A stretch of DNA of 63,894 nucleotides, counting the filler. It is 6 parts of 6 records of this genome, joined end to end, with 100 filler letters (N's around TTAATTAATTAA, not from the genome) between each part and the next. Parts side by side here need not be neighbours in the genome. Positions count along the whole stretch, not along the records: positions 58,883 to 63,894 come from DRR723986_12615; 5 more parts are not named here. One strand, written 5' to 3'. The position numbers and the translations under genes were made by a program. The first letter of the stretch is position 1. Each line of letters opens with the position of its first letter. Below, piece by piece: positions 63,314 to 63,894 of this stretch. The notes under the pieces were generated by a model, which had not been told where the DNA came from, ran no database searches, and saw only the letters and a program-made list of their open reading frames with translations.

Positions 63314-63601
63314 ATGAAAATTCGTCCGCTACACGATCGTGTTGTCGTACGCCGTAAGGAAGAAGAAGAGAAAACTGCGGGTGGCATCGTGCTGCCGGGT
63401 AATGCCAAAGAAAAGCCTTCCCAGGGCGAAGTGATCGCTGTGGGTAATGGCCGCATTCTGGATAACGGCGAAACCCGTGCACTGGCGGTCAAGGTGGGTG
63501 ACACCGTGGTCTTCGGTCAGTACGCCGGTAACACCGTGAAGGTTGACGGTGAAGAGCTGCTCATCATGAGTGAGAACGATATTTACGGCGTGCTTGAGTG
63601 A
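63314..63601 (+). CDS. groES: Co-chaperonin GroES
   Basis: [22 protein letters not shown]. Confidence 0.98.
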   Translation: MKIRPLHDRVVVRRKEEEEKTAGGIVLPGNAKEKPSQGEVIAVGNGRILDNGETRALAVKVGDTVVFGQYAGNTVKVDGEELLIMSENDIYGVLE

Positions 63602-63659
63602 TCGCAACAGCGATAGGCACGAACGCTCATTAATCCGATTGGTTCAATTTTCGGTTTAA

Positions 63660-63894
<235 letters not shown>

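Overview
The window is not one genomic locus. It is six unrelated contig fragments joined by identical 100-nt artificial linkers (N44-TTAATTAATTAA-N44). (1) 1-13097, alphaproteobacterial: rpoB(part)-rpoC, a four-gene AT-rich GtrA/GtrB/GT-C/GT4 glycosylation island, then rpsL-rpsG-fusA-tuf(part). (2) 13198-25535, high-GC alphaproteobacterium (Hyphomonadaceae-like, inference): ctaD(part), ctaC, TPR protein, tldD, rhodanese, POT transporter, gshA, a CCxxC protein, a DUF389 protein with an OmpA-like tail, rsmE, an aldehyde dehydrogenase, ubiA(part). (3) 25636-43510, Rhizobiales/Roseibium-like (inference): MCP, DMT, YihY, mcd, then a ~5-kb cluster of small stress-type genes carrying seven perfect GGAAC-N16-CGTT (EcfG/sigmaT-type) promoters, including two membrane microproteins missing from the ORF track; then ATT-initiated infC, a flavodoxin-ECF41 pair with its cognate promoter, and a DUF993-LacI-glycerate kinase-HAD operon. 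(4) 43611-52949, Rhodobacteraceae-like (inference): P450, M48, DUF898, parC, SH3 protein, SDR, HIG1-like protein, PduO, etfB(part). (5) 53050-58782, unknown host: one ~1595-aa secreted protein built from five ~210-aa tandem repeats plus a dockerin-like tail, bracketed by an identical 29-bp hairpin repeat at both contig ends. (6) 58883-63894, Marinobacter-like gammaproteobacterium (inference): lipoprotein(part), class I fumarase, ATL, SDR, fxsA, groES, groEL(part). The most interesting signals are the dense EcfG-promoter island with its microproteins, the repeat-bracketed giant repeat protein, and the Gtr-type island between rpoC and rpsL. All family assignments come from motif recognition by eye; no searches were run.
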